Positions 9,686 through 18,519 of a stretch of DNA of 32,000 nucleotides are shown in pieces. Below the pieces are notes generated by a model. It had not been told where the DNA came from and did not search any database. It saw only the letters and a program-made list of their open reading frames with translations. Within the stretch, counting starts at the first letter, position 1, and every line of letters starts with the position of its first letter. The position numbers and the translations under genes were made by a program. Source of the DNA: Geobacter metallireducens GS-15 (lineage in GTDB: Bacteria; Desulfobacterota; Desulfuromonadia; Geobacterales; Geobacteraceae); NCBI RefSeq assembly GCF_000012925.1, contig NC_007517.1, positions 3,360,001 to 3,392,000 on the forward strand. The letters are read 5' to 3'.

Positions 9686-12364
9686 CTAGTGGGCCTCGCT
9701 CCAGTTCCCGCCGTGGTTTATATCCACTTTAAGCGGCACGCGCAGGCTCACGGCGTGCTCCATCTCGCGCCGCACGAGCTGTTCCATGGCAACCACCTCG
9801 CCCTTGGGCACCTCGAAGACGAGTTCGTCGTGGACCTGCATGATGAGCCGGCTCCCCACGACGTCGCGCCGCATCCGGGCCGTCACCTTCACCATGGCCT
9901 CCTTGATGATGTCGGCGGCGGACCCCTGGATGGGGTAGTTGACGGCGTTGCGCTGGGCAAAGGCCCGGATGTTACCGTTGGCGCTCTTGATGTCGGGAAT
10001 CGGGAGCCTGCGCCCAAGGAGCGTGGTCACATGCCCCTTCTCCTCCGCCTCCCGCACGCAGCCGTCCAGGAACGCCCGGGCACCGGGATGGCGGGCGAAG
10101 TAGTTGTCGATGAACTCCCTGGCCACTTTTGTTGCGATGCCGAGCTGCTTGGCGAGACTGAAGGCCCCCTGGCCGTAGATGACCCCGAAGTTGATGGCCT
10201 TGGCCTGGCGCCGCATCTCGGGGGTCACCATCTCGGGGAAGAGGCCGAAGACCTCGGCGGCGGTGCGGGTGTGGATGTCCTCGTCTTTGGCAAAGGCGTC
10301 ACAGAAGACCCGGTCCTCCGAGAAATGGGCCAGGACCCGGAGCTCGATCTGGGAGTAGTCGGCGGAGAGGAGCAGGTGCCCCTCCTCGGCGATGAAAGCC
10401 CGGCGGATCCGTCGCCCCTCCTCGGTCCGGACCGGGATGTTCTGCAGGTTCGGCTCCGACGAGGAGAGCCGCCCCGTGTTGGTGACGGTCTGGTTGTAGG
10501 AGGTATGGACCCTTCCCGTGGCTGGCTGCACCAGCTTGGGGAGGGCGTCGGTATAGGTGGATTTGAGTTTGGCGAGCCCCCGGTACTGGAGGATGAGGGC
10601 CGCGATCTCGTGGCCGGCCTCGGCCAGCCGCTCCAGTTCCTCCACGTTGGTGGACCAACCGGTCTTGGTCTTGGTCTTCTTACCGGTGGGGAGCTTCAGC
10701 TTCTCGAAGAGCACCTCCCCGAGCTGCTTGGGGGAGTTGAGATTGAAGGGCTCCGGAGCGAGCCCCGTGATCCGCCCCTCCAGTTCCGCCAGCTGTTTCC
10801 CGAAACCGGCGGATAGTTCCCCGAGAAGGGGGAGGTCCAGCTTTACCCCGGCCAGCTCCATCTCGGCCAGGATCGGCACCAGGGGCATCTCCACATCAAA
10901 AAAGAGCCGCTCCATCCCCCACACCGCCACCCGGGGGAGGAAGAGACGGTGGAGGAGCCACGCGGCGTCCGAGTCCTCGCAGGAATAGGTGGAGGCTTTC
11001 TCCACCGGCACCTGGGCGAAGTTCACCTGCTCCTTCCCCTTTCCCGCCACCTCCTCGTAGGAGATCATCTTGTGATCCAGATGCTCCACGGCCAGGGAGT
11101 CGAGGCCGTGGCCGGAGCGGACCGGGTTCAGGAGGTAGGAGGCCACCATGGTGTCGCACCAGACCCCGCCAAGCTCGATGCCGTGGCGCCGGAAGACCTG
11201 GTAGTCGTACTTCAGGTTCTGCCCCACCTTGCGGATTTTCGGGTCGATGAGGAGGGGCGTCAGGGCGTCCAGCACCCGCCGGCGGGGGAGCTGCTCCGGC
11301 GCCCCCAGATAGAAGTGCCCCACCGGGATGTAGCACGCCTCGTGGTCCCGGTAGCTGAGTGAAATGCCGACGATCTCCGCCTCCAGGGGGTTCAGGCTCG
11401 TGGTCTCCAGGTCCACGGCAAAGGTGCCGGCGGCTTTCAAATCTGCAAGAAGCGCCTCAAATTCCTCCTCGGTGGCGACGGTCCGGTACTGCTCGGTGGA
11501 GAGGGTCGCCTCGCTGGTCAGCTCCTTCATGAGGGTGGTGAAGCCGTACTCCTTGATGAGCTCGGCCAGACGCCGGTTGTCGGGGGAAGAGGCGGCAAAG
11601 GCGGCAAAATCAAACGCCATCGGCACGTCCCGCACGATGGTGGCCAACTGCCGGGAGAGGCGGGCCTGGTCGGCAAACTCCCGGAGCTTCTCCCCGGTCT
11701 TTCCTTTCACCTCGCCAGCCCGCTCCAGAAGCGTGTCCAGGGAGCCGAACTCCTGGATCAGTTTGATGGCGGTCTTCTCGCCGATGCCGGGAACGCCGGG
11801 GATGTTGTCGGAGGTGTCACCGGCGAGGCCGAGGATGTCGATCACCCCTTCCGGCCCGACGCCGAACCGCTCCTGCACGTCGGGGATGCCCGAGGCCTTC
11901 TCCTTCATGGTGTCGAGGAGCGTGACCCGCTCGCTCACGATCTGCATCAGGTCCTTGTCGCCGGTGACCACCACCGCCTCCATCCCACGCTCCTCGCACT
12001 CCCGGGCGATGGTGCCGATGATGTCGTCGGCCTCGTACCCCGCCAGCTCCAGCACCGGGATATTGAAGGCCCGGACCATCTCCTTGATGGGGGCGATCTG
12101 GGGGACGAGATCGTCGGGCATGGCGGAGCGGTTGGCCTTGTAGTCGGGGTAGAGGTCGGTGCGAAAGGTAGTGCGCCCCACGTCGAAGACCACGGCGATA
12201 TGGTCGGGGCGGCGGTCCTTGATGACCTTGAGGAGCATCTGGGTGAAACCGTAGAGGGCGTTAGTGGGGAACCCCTTGGGGGACGAGAGGTGCCGGATGG
12301 CGTAGTAGGCCCGGTAGATATAGGAGGAGCCGTCGATGAGGTAGAGGGTCTGTTTCCCGGTCAT
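9686..12364 (-). CDS. polA: DNA polymerase I
   Basis: 5' nuclease (LYLIDGSSYIYRAYYA), 3'-5' exonuclease (FAVDLETTSL) and polymerase motifs (DYSQIELRVLAH, RRQAKAINFGVIYG, QVHDELVFE). Start trimmed to MTGKQTLYLIDG (ATG at 12364). Confidence 0.95.
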   Translation of the reverse strand: MTGKQTLYLIDGSSYIYRAYYAIRHLSSPKGFPTNALYGFTQMLLKVIKDRRPDHIAVVFDVGRTTFRTDLYPDYKANRSAMPDDLVPQIAPIKEMVRAFNIPVLELAGYEADDIIGTIARECEERGMEAVVVTGDKDLMQIVSERVTLLDTMKEKASGIPDVQERFGVGPEGVIDILGLAGDTSDNIPGVPGIGEKTAIKLIQEFGSLDTLLERAGEVKGKTGEKLREFADQARLSRQLATIVRDVPMAFDFAAFAASSPDNRRLAELIKEYGFTTLMKELTSEATLSTEQYRTVATEEEFEALLADLKAAGTFAVDLETTSLNPLEAEIVGISLSYRDHEACYIPVGHFYLGAPEQLPRRRVLDALTPLLIDPKIRKVGQNLKYDYQVFRRHGIELGGVWCDTMVASYLLNPVRSGHGLDSLAVEHLDHKMISYEEVAGKGKEQVNFAQVPVEKASTYSCEDSDAAWLLHRLFLPRVAVWGMERLFFDVEMPLVPILAEMELAGVKLDLPLLGELSAGFGKQLAELEGRITGLAPEPFNLNSPKQLGEVLFEKLKLPTGKKTKTKTGWSTNVEELERLAEAGHEIAALILQYRGLAKLKSTYTDALPKLVQPATGRVHTSYNQTVTNTGRLSSSEPNLQNIPVRTEEGRRIRRAFIAEEGHLLLSADYSQIELRVLAHFSEDRVFCDAFAKDEDIHTRTAAEVFGLFPEMVTPEMRRQAKAINFGVIYGQGAFSLAKQLGIATKVAREFIDNYFARHPGARAFLDGCVREAEEKGHVTTLLGRRLPIPDIKSANGNIRAFAQRNAVNYPIQGSAADIIKEAMVKVTARMRRDVVGSRLIMQVHDELVFEVPKGEVVAMEQLVRREMEHAVSLRVPLKVDINHGGNWSEAH

Positions 12365-12546
12365 GGCGCCACCTCCCGTTCCTCCCGCGTGAAAAAGACA
12401 AAGGCCATGGCGGGGCGCCGGCTCGCATCCCGCATGGCGAACTGCATCCCGTCGAACCGCCACCCCTTGGCGGTCCACTCGTTGAGGATCTCCTCCAGGA
12501 CATCCTCGGTAACCGTATTTATCTCAACAACCTTGTATATGGGCAT
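12361..12546 (-). CDS. Small DUF4177-like protein (61 aa), translationally coupled to polA
   Basis: MPIYKVVEI...GWRFDG...FVFFTRE resembles DUF4177. Its TGA overlaps the polA ATG (ATGA at 12361-12364). Confidence 0.5.
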   Translation of the reverse strand: MPIYKVVEINTVTEDVLEEILNEWTAKGWRFDGMQFAMRDASRRPAMAFVFFTREEREVAP

Positions 12547-12821
12547 TGCGCACCTCTTTCATTGTTCTCCTCTGAGCCTCGCAGGATAGTAGCCCATATC
12601 GCGCCGTCCATCAAGGCATAAGGCCCTGCGGAATGACAATGCCATCACCCCGTAACTCATTAATAATGCTGACAAAATTTTAATTTTCCGTCAATTGCAT
12701 CTCCTGGATGCCATGGTATCATGGAGTCACACAGAAGAAAGGAGGTGCCCAGAGGGATTTCTCATTGTGGACCAACCGGCGCGCCCCACGGCGTGCCCAT
12801 CAACGACACGAGGTGTGCGGT

Positions 12822-12995
12822 ATGATGGAAAAAGAAAACGAAACGATCGAAAAGCTGGCTGAAGACGCTGAAATCAACCTTTCCACCGACTACGACAAGA
12901 GGGACCTGAAGGAACGGCGGGGGGTGCAGAAGGGGAATCTCTACGACGGTTCCAAGAAGCTCAAGCACAGCGTGCCCAAGGGGAAGCGGGTCTGA
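12822..12995 (+). CDS. Hypothetical small charged protein (57 aa)
   Basis: ATG at 12822 preceded by GAGGTG. Followed by a strong hairpin at 13033-13067. No recognisable domain. Confidence 0.3.
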   Translation: MMEKENETIEKLAEDAEINLSTDYDKRDLKERRGVQKGNLYDGSKKLKHSVPKGKRV

Positions 12996-13032
12996 CAGCC
13001 TGACAATGAAATAGCAGCACTGATGCGGAAAT

Positions 13033-13067
13033 GAGGGGGGAGGAACGCAAACGGGCGTCCTCCCCCC
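13033..13067 (+). terminator. GC-rich stem-loop (14-bp stem) without a clear U-tract
   Basis: GGGGGGAGGAACGC-aaacgg-GCGTCCTCCCCCC, read directly from the sequence. Confidence 0.35.
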
Positions 13068-13095
13068 TTGACTGTGGCGGATGAGTGATTATGTT
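13068..13095 (+). promoter_or_regulatory. Candidate promoter of hsp20 (TTGACT-N16-TATGTT). The -35 lies in CCCCCTTGA context, reminiscent of sigma-32 -35 boxes
   Basis: Hexamers at 13068-13073 and 13090-13095, ~35 nt upstream of the hsp20 ATG. AGGAGG RBS at 13114-13119. Confidence 0.3.
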
Positions 13096-13129
13096 ATGGG
13101 TAACACAACCACCAGGAGGTGCATGAACC

Positions 13130-13573
13130 ATGGCAATCGTCAAGTACACCCCGTTTGGGGACCTCAGGAATCTGCAGGAGCAGATGAACCGGCTTCTGGA
13201 CATGGCGTGGAGCAGGGAGAGCGGCGAAGAACTCCGCGAAGGGGTATGGCAGCCGCCGGTGGACATCTTCGAGGATGAAAACGGCGTCGTCATCAAGGCC
13301 GAACTCCCCGGCATCGACCAGAAGGACATCGAGGTAAAAATCGAGGACAACACCCTCACCATCCGGGGCGAGCGCAAGCACGACCAGGAAGTGAAGAAGG
13401 AGAACTACCATCGGGTTGAGCGGTACTACGGCTCCTTCATGCGGAGCTTCTCGCTCCCCACCACCATCGACCGCGATACCGTCAAGGCGGTCTGCGACAA
13501 GGGAATCCTGACTATAACCCTTCCCCGGCGCGAGGAAACCAAGCCGAAGCAGATCAACGTGGAAGTGAAATAA
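13130..13573 (+). CDS. Small heat-shock protein, Hsp20/alpha-crystallin family
   Basis: 147 aa. VDIFEDENGVVIKAELPGIDQKDIEVKIEDNTLTIRGERK...GSFMRSFSLP...GILTITLPR. Confidence 0.9.
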   Translation: MAIVKYTPFGDLRNLQEQMNRLLDMAWSRESGEELREGVWQPPVDIFEDENGVVIKAELPGIDQKDIEVKIEDNTLTIRGERKHDQEVKKENYHRVERYYGSFMRSFSLPTTIDRDTVKAVCDKGILTITLPRREETKPKQINVEVK

Positions 13574-13575
13574 AG

Positions 13576-13694
13576 CCGGGACCAGGGATCGGGGACCAGC
13601 AAGAAGCAAAAGATTTTCCCGGTCCCTAATCCCCGGTTTTCCCGGTCCCTAATCCCCGGTTTTCCCGGTCCCTGGTCCCTGGTCCCCGGTCCCC
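13576..13694. repeat. GGTCCC/GGGACC-type repeat block. A 23-bp unit TTTTCCCGGTCCCTAATCCCCGG is present 2.5 times in tandem, and inverted GGGACCAGGGA arms are also present
   Basis: Units at 13614-13636, 13637-13659 and a partial one from 13660. GGGACCAGGGATCGGGGACC (13578-13597) is complementary to GGTCCCTGGTCCC... (13668-13694). It lies between convergent hsp20 and the larE-like gene. Confidence 0.6.
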
Positions 13695-14491
13695 AGATTC
13701 ATGCTGCCTGTCCTATACCCCTCCAGATCCAGCGCCACGTAGGTAAACCCCGCCCCCTTGAAGAAGGCCGCCACCTTCCGGCGCATCGCCGGTTCCAGAA
13801 AGCGCGCAATCTCCGCTTCGCCCAGCTCGATGCGGGCCGTATCGCCATGGTAGCGGACCCGGTACGTGAAAAACCCCTCCCCCTTCAGGAACTCCTCGCA
13901 CTCCCCCACCTGCCGGAGCCGCTCCGGCGTGATTTCGGTCCCGTAGGGGAAGCGGCTCGACAGGCAGGCAAAAGCCTGCTTGTTCCACGTGGGAAGCCCC
14001 AGTTCCCGCGAGAGTTGCCGGATATCCTCCTTGCCGAGCCCCGCCTCCAGGAGCGGGCTCCGGACGCCGAGCTCCTGGATCGCCTGCCGGCCGGGACGGA
14101 AATCGGAGAGGTCATCCACGTTGCTCCCGTCGGCCGCCCAGGAAAGCCCCAACCCCGCGGCCCGTGCGCCTGCCAGCTGGAACAGCTCCTTCTTGCAGTG
14201 GTAGCAGCGGTTGCGGGGATTCCCGGCAAAACCGGGGATCTCCAGTTCGTTTGACTCCACCACCACCTGCCGGACACCTATCTCCAGGGCCAGGGCCACC
14301 GCCTCCCGGAACTCGGACTCGGGATAGGTGGGAGAGGTGGCGGTCAGGGCCACGGCCCTATCGCCCAGGACATCATGGGCCACCCGCAGGAGGAACGTGG
14401 AGTCCACCCCGCCGGAAAAGGCAACCAGCACCGAACCCATCTCCCTGAGGATGGCCTTGAGTTTTTCATATTTATCGTGAATGTCGTTCAT
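13649..14491 (-). CDS. larE: PP-loop ATP pyrophosphatase, LarE-like sulfur transferase (TIGR00268-type)
   Basis: PP-loop VAFSGGVDSTF, CYHCKKELF, and the conserved Cys segment FACLSSRFPYG. The last ~15 codons (GTGDQGPGTGKTGD) are read from the repeat block. Confidence 0.7.
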   Translation of the reverse strand: MNDIHDKYEKLKAILREMGSVLVAFSGGVDSTFLLRVAHDVLGDRAVALTATSPTYPESEFREAVALALEIGVRQVVVESNELEIPGFAGNPRNRCYHCKKELFQLAGARAAGLGLSWAADGSNVDDLSDFRPGRQAIQELGVRSPLLEAGLGKEDIRQLSRELGLPTWNKQAFACLSSRFPYGTEITPERLRQVGECEEFLKGEGFFTYRVRYHGDTARIELGEAEIARFLEPAMRRKVAAFFKGAGFTYVALDLEGYRTGSMNLGTGDQGPGTGKTGD

Positions 14492-14507
14492 CGGTGGTCC
14501 CTTAAAC

Positions 14508-14536
14508 GAGAAGCCCGTTCGGGGAACGGGCTTCTC
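14508..14536 (-). terminator. Perfect 13-bp stem hairpin downstream of cysK
   Basis: GAGAAGCCCGTTC-ggg-GAACGGGCTTCTC. On the minus strand it is followed by GTTTAAG (short T run). Confidence 0.5.
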
Positions 14537-14569
14537 TGGTCATTATCCGTGCAGTTTCGACGCTGACAG

Positions 14570-15493
14570 CTAGTCGAACACGCCCGTCGAAAGGTACCGC
14601 TCCCCGGTATCGCAGAGGATCGTCACCACGTTCTTGCCGGGGCCGAGCCTTTTCGCCACCTGGAGGGCGGCAAAGACGTTGGCGCCGGAGGATATCCCCA
14701 CGAGGACCCCTTCTTCCTGGGCCAGGCGCCGAACGGTTTCGTAGGCGTCCTCGTTGGTCACCCGGATCACCTCATCGTAGACCTTCGTGTTGAGCACGTC
14801 GGGGACGAAGCCGGCACCGATCCCCTGAATCTTGTGGGGACCGGGCTGCCCGCCGGAGAGAATGGGAGAGGCATCGGGCTCCACCGCCACGATTCGCACA
14901 GCGGCGTTGTGTTCCTTCAGCACCTCGCCGACGCCGGTGATGGTGCCGCCGGTTCCGACCCCGGCCACGAAGGCGTCGATGCTCTGGCCGCTGAGGGCCC
15001 TGACGATCTCGGGGCCGGTGGTCCTGCGGTGCGCCTCGGGGTTCGCCCCGTTCTTGAACTGCTGCATCATGATGTGCCCCGGCTGGGCGGCCAGTTCCTC
15101 GGCCTTCTGGACGGCCCCGCGCATCCCCTGGGCCCCGGGGGTCAGGACGAGTTCGGCCCCGTAGGCGGCCAGGAGCCTGCGCCGCTCCACGGTCATGGTG
15201 TCGGGCATGGTGAGAACGAGCTTGTATCCCTTGATGGCGCAGATCATGGAGAGGCCGATCCCGGTATTGCCGCTGGTGGGCTCCACCACGGTCATCCCCG
15301 GCTTGAGGGAACCGTCTTTCTCGGCCGCCTCGATCATCGCCAGGCAGATGCGGTCCTTCACGCTGCCACCCGGGTTAAAGAACTCCGCCTTGCCATACAC
15401 GGCCGCGGAACCGGGCGCCTCAAGCTTCGCCAGACGCTGCAGCGGCGTGTTGCCGATCTGCTCGATTACCTTGTCGCTGTCAAATACCGGCAT
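14570..15493 (-). CDS. cysK: Cysteine synthase A (O-acetylserine sulfhydrylase)
   Basis: IGNTPL, the PLP lysine region [34 protein letters not shown]. Confidence 0.9.
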   Translation of the reverse strand: MPVFDSDKVIEQIGNTPLQRLAKLEAPGSAAVYGKAEFFNPGGSVKDRICLAMIEAAEKDGSLKPGMTVVEPTSGNTGIGLSMICAIKGYKLVLTMPDTMTVERRRLLAAYGAELVLTPGAQGMRGAVQKAEELAAQPGHIMMQQFKNGANPEAHRRTTGPEIVRALSGQSIDAFVAGVGTGGTITGVGEVLKEHNAAVRIVAVEPDASPILSGGQPGPHKIQGIGAGFVPDVLNTKVYDEVIRVTNEDAYETVRRLAQEEGVLVGISSGANVFAALQVAKRLGPGKNVVTILCDTGERYLSTGVFD

Positions 15494-15508
15494 CTCCGTC
15501 TCCTTTTC

Positions 15509-15973
15509 TCAGATGAAATACATAAAACGGTGGTCCTGCTCCCGCTTGATCCCCATGGACTGGCCCCGATCGCACAGATCCTTCACCGTGATGGCCGAAA
15601 AATACTCCACAAGCCTGCTGCTTGCCTCGCACCAGAGTTCCTGGGTGACGCACGTGCCGTCGAAGCCGCACTCGACTTTTTTCTTCCGCTTGTTGGTACA
15701 CTCCACGAGGTTCATGTCCCTCTCCGTCGCGAGCAGAACATCGGCCACCGTGATCTCCTCGGGTTTCTTGGCGAGACAGTACCCCCCCTGGGGGCCCCGC
15801 TTGCTCTTGAGGATGCCGGCCCGCTTGAGCCCTTGGAAGATCTGCTCCAGATACCGGGGAGAGATTCCCTGGCGCCGGGAGATATCCTGAACCTGAGACG
15901 GAAGATTTCCGGAGTTATAGGCTATATCAAAGATTGCCCGCAGACCGTAGCGGCTTTTCGTCGAGAGCTTCAC
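15509..15973 (-). CDS. Rrf2-family transcriptional regulator (CymR/IscR-like)
   Basis: MKLSTKSRYGLRAIFDIA...ISPRYLEQIFQGLKRAGILKSKRGPQGGY wHTH, and a Cys cluster C-x9-C-x5-C (ECTNKRKKKVECGFDGTC). Confidence 0.85.
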   Translation of the reverse strand: MKLSTKSRYGLRAIFDIAYNSGNLPSQVQDISRRQGISPRYLEQIFQGLKRAGILKSKRGPQGGYCLAKKPEEITVADVLLATERDMNLVECTNKRKKKVECGFDGTCVTQELWCEASSRLVEYFSAITVKDLCDRGQSMGIKREQDHRFMYFI

Positions 15974-16129
15974 ACGATCCTCCTTAAGCGTTTTACGTCA
16001 CTATACGTTCCTTTACCTGCAGCGTCAAGAATATAAACAATCAGCACAAAAGTTTCCACGGAAACAACATGGGAATTCACGATAAACTCTTCCGGAACGG
16101 CAGAACGTGAAAGGCGAGGCTCTTAGGTA

Positions 16130-16597
16130 TTACTGGATATGGCAGGACAAACACAGGCTGCCGGTGGCAGGATCTACGGCCAGATGAAAGGGGGGTGGAT
16201 TGCCGAGGTTGTGACAGGAAATGCAGACGACCATCCCGTCCGCCAACTCGATTCCCGCCTCCCGAAGGAACTCGACCGGACGGTATGCAGCTTCTCGCCC
16301 CGGTGGGGGGTAGCGGCGCATGATTGGGTGGGGGGTTCTGATCGAACAGTTCTCGCGGCAGTAGGCGACATCCTTTGCGATAGTTCCGTCGTGGCAGGCG
16401 ACGCACTCTTCGAAGCTTGCGCGCCGGTCGACCATGGCGCCGTAATGGTCGACCGTTTCGGCGCGGGCAGACGCCGAACCCGTCGACAGCACCACCGCCA
16501 CTGCCAGACCTGCGGATGTGATGCGGTTCACCCCATGACGGCACCTCTTCAGCGGAATCGTACCCAACAAGGATACCACGGGGCCGGCCATCCGCAA
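16130..16597 (-). CDS. Small periplasmic c-type cytochrome with three CXXCH haem motifs
   Basis: Signal-like N-terminus; CVACH, CISCH, CLSCH. Confidence 0.75.
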   Translation of the reverse strand: MRMAGPVVSLLGTIPLKRCRHGVNRITSAGLAVAVVLSTGSASARAETVDHYGAMVDRRASFEECVACHDGTIAKDVAYCRENCSIRTPHPIMRRYPPPGREAAYRPVEFLREAGIELADGMVVCISCHNLGNPPPFHLAVDPATGSLCLSCHIQ

Positions 16598-16618
16598 CGG
16601 CCCCGCCGCGCCCGCATC

Positions 16619-16828
16619 TCACCAGAACGTCTGAGGAGGCTCCACCCTGCCGAGATACTTGATCTCGCCGTCTTCCACCTTGAAGCTGTCGCCGATCGAA
16701 TTGACCCAGGCGTCGCCCTCCTCGAGGGGAGACGGAACCTCGCGCCTCCCCAGGTACATCTCTTCTTCGCCCACGTAGGCGAACCAGTCCAGGTTACCGG
16801 TCATCCAGATCTTGTTTTTGAGTTCCAT
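16619..16828 (-). CDS. Hypothetical 69-aa protein upstream of the cytochrome
   Basis: ATG at 16828 with GGAGGC 8 nt upstream. Ends 21 nt before the cytochrome start. No recognised domain. Confidence 0.45.
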   Translation of the reverse strand: MELKNKIWMTGNLDWFAYVGEEEMYLGRREVPSPLEEGDAWVNSIGDSFKVEDGEIKYLGRVEPPQTFW

Positions 16829-16979
16829 GGGAACATGCCTCCAATAAATATTTATACGCATCATACTCAAGAATCAGCGACGCGGTCAAGGAGGGGAGAT
16901 TTTTCCTTGTTGGCAACGGGCGTTTCTGGTATTTCTACCGGGATTCGATTCACTTTCTTCAATAACGAGGGGAACTTCC

Positions 16980-17828
16980 ATGAAATTTACCAAGATGCAC
17001 GGCGCCGGCAACGACTACGTCTACGTGAACTGCTTCGAGGAGCGGGTCGACAACCCGGAGCAGGTTGCCATAAAGGTTTCCAACCGCAACTTCGGCATCG
17101 GCTCCGACGGCCTCATCCTCATCATGCCCTCCGACAAGGCCGACGTCCGGATGCGGATGTTCAACTCCGACGGCTCCGAGTCGGAGATGTGCGGCAACGG
17201 CATCCGCTGCGTGGCCAAGTACGCCTACGACCATGGCATCGTCTCCAAGAAGGAGATCACCGCCGAGACCGGCGCCGGCATCCTGACGCTGCAGCTGGTG
17301 CCCGGTGCCGACGGCAAGATCGAGAAGGTGCGGGTCAACATGGGCGTTCCCCGACTGAAGCGGGCCGAGATCCCCATGGCGGGCGAGCCCGCCGACGGGC
17401 AGATCGTCAGCCAGCCCCTCAACATCCTCCACACCACCTTCAACATCACCTGCGTCTCCATGGGGAACCCCCACTGCGTCATCTTCGTGGACGACGTGGA
17501 GAGCTTCCAGGTGGAAAAGTACGGCCCCCTCATCGAGAACCACGAGCTCTTCCCCCGCCGCACCAACGTGGAGTTCGTCCAGATCATATCCCGCACCGAG
17601 GTGCGCCAGCGGACCTGGGAGCGGGGCGCCGGCGAAACCCTGGCCTGCGGCACCGGCGCCAGCGCCGTCTGCGTGGCCGGAGCCCTCAACTGCCTCACCG
17701 AGAAGAAGATCCTCAACCACCTCTCGGGCGGCGACCTGGAACTGGAATGGGCCGACGACGGCTTCCTCTACATGACCGGCCCGGCCACGGAGGTCTTCTC
17801 CGGCGAGATCGACCTGGCAAAGCTGTAA
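16980..17828 (+). CDS. dapF: Diaminopimelate epimerase
   Basis: [16 protein letters not shown], catalytic Cys motifs MCGNGIRC and ACGTGASA. Confidence 0.95.
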   Translation: MKFTKMHGAGNDYVYVNCFEERVDNPEQVAIKVSNRNFGIGSDGLILIMPSDKADVRMRMFNSDGSESEMCGNGIRCVAKYAYDHGIVSKKEITAETGAGILTLQLVPGADGKIEKVRVNMGVPRLKRAEIPMAGEPADGQIVSQPLNILHTTFNITCVSMGNPHCVIFVDDVESFQVEKYGPLIENHELFPRRTNVEFVQIISRTEVRQRTWERGAGETLACGTGASAVCVAGALNCLTEKKILNHLSGGDLELEWADDGFLYMTGPATEVFSGEIDLAKL

Positions 17829-17852
17829 TTCCGGCTGACACGACCACAGAAT

Positions 17853-17901
17853 AAGGGCCAAAGGCCGATCGGGGTTCACTCCCCGGGCGCCTTTGGCCCT
17901 T
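17853..17901 (+). terminator. Nested GC-rich hairpin between dapF and the HIT gene (13-bp outer stem, 5-bp inner stem)
   Basis: AAGGGCCAAAGGC ...CGGGGttcactCCCCG... GCCTTTGGCCCTT. No U-tract. Ends ~8 nt before the HIT RBS. Confidence 0.4.
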
Positions 17902-17918
17902 CGTCCTTGGAGGTATCC

Positions 17919-18335
17919 ATGTCCACCTGCCCCATGTGCACGAAATGGCACGACGAACCGCCCCTGCGTATCGCCGAGCTGGAGCACACACTCGTCATGC
18001 TGAACCGCGACCAGTTCTTCCCCGGCTACACCTTCGTCTTCACCAAGGAGCACGTCACCGAGCTCTTCCACCTGGACCGCGACATCCGGCAGGGGATCAT
18101 GGATGAGGTAACCGCCGTGGCCGCGGCCCTTTATACCATCTTCCGCCCCGCTAAAATGAACTACGAGCTCCTCGGCAACATGGTTCCCCACATGCACTGG
18201 CACCTGGTCCCCCGCTTCGGGACCGACCCCCTCTGGCCCCGCCCCATCTGGAGCGAGCCCCACGGGGAGGTGATTCTCGCCGATGCAGAGTATGCCGGGC
18301 GGATCGAGCAGATCAGAAAGCAGCTCATTGAATAA
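17919..18335 (+). CDS. HIT-family (histidine triad) nucleotide hydrolase/transferase
   Basis: Histidine triad HMHWHLVPR. ATG at 17919 after GGAGGT. The track start at 17907 is a TTG. Confidence 0.8.
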   Translation: MSTCPMCTKWHDEPPLRIAELEHTLVMLNRDQFFPGYTFVFTKEHVTELFHLDRDIRQGIMDEVTAVAAALYTIFRPAKMNYELLGNMVPHMHWHLVPRFGTDPLWPRPIWSEPHGEVILADAEYAGRIEQIRKQLIE

Positions 18336-18490
18336 CACGGAGAGACGGAGAACGCGGAGAAAATCCTAGACCAGTAAATACACATGCAGGACAGACTGAC
18401 GTGATTCACAACCGGTCCTGCATGTTTGTCCAAGAAACCAGTTTTTTCTCAGCTTTTCCTCCGTGCCCTCCGTCTCTCCGTGTTATTTAC
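18328..18490. repeat. REP/MITE-like palindromic element, copy C
   Basis: Arms AATAACACGGAGAGACGGAGAACGCGGAGAA (18331-18361) and TTCCTCCGTGCCCTCCGTCTCTCCGTGTTATT (18466-18487), with an internal 11-bp hairpin ACATGCAGGAC/GTCCTGCATGT. The HIT stop codon lies inside the left arm. Confidence 0.7.
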
Positions 18491-18519
18491 GACGGTTTTA
18501 TCCGAAAGGAAGGTTACTC

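Noticed and set aside
12676-12720. A possible sigma-54 promoter on the minus strand (TGGCAT-N8-TGCA) in the polA-upstream intergenic region, and a TTGCAT-N16-TATCAT sigma-70-like pair on the plus strand.
   Set aside because: The GG-to-GC spacing is 2 nt longer than the -24/-12 consensus. The sigma-70-like pair has no clearly supported downstream gene (only the weak 12708/12822 ORF).
12708-12821. The N-terminal extension of the 12708-12995 ORF (MPWYHGVTQKKGGAQRDF...).
   Set aside because: There is no RBS before 12708 and the composition is unlike coding sequence. If the ORF is real, the internal ATG at 12822 with GAGGTG is the better start.
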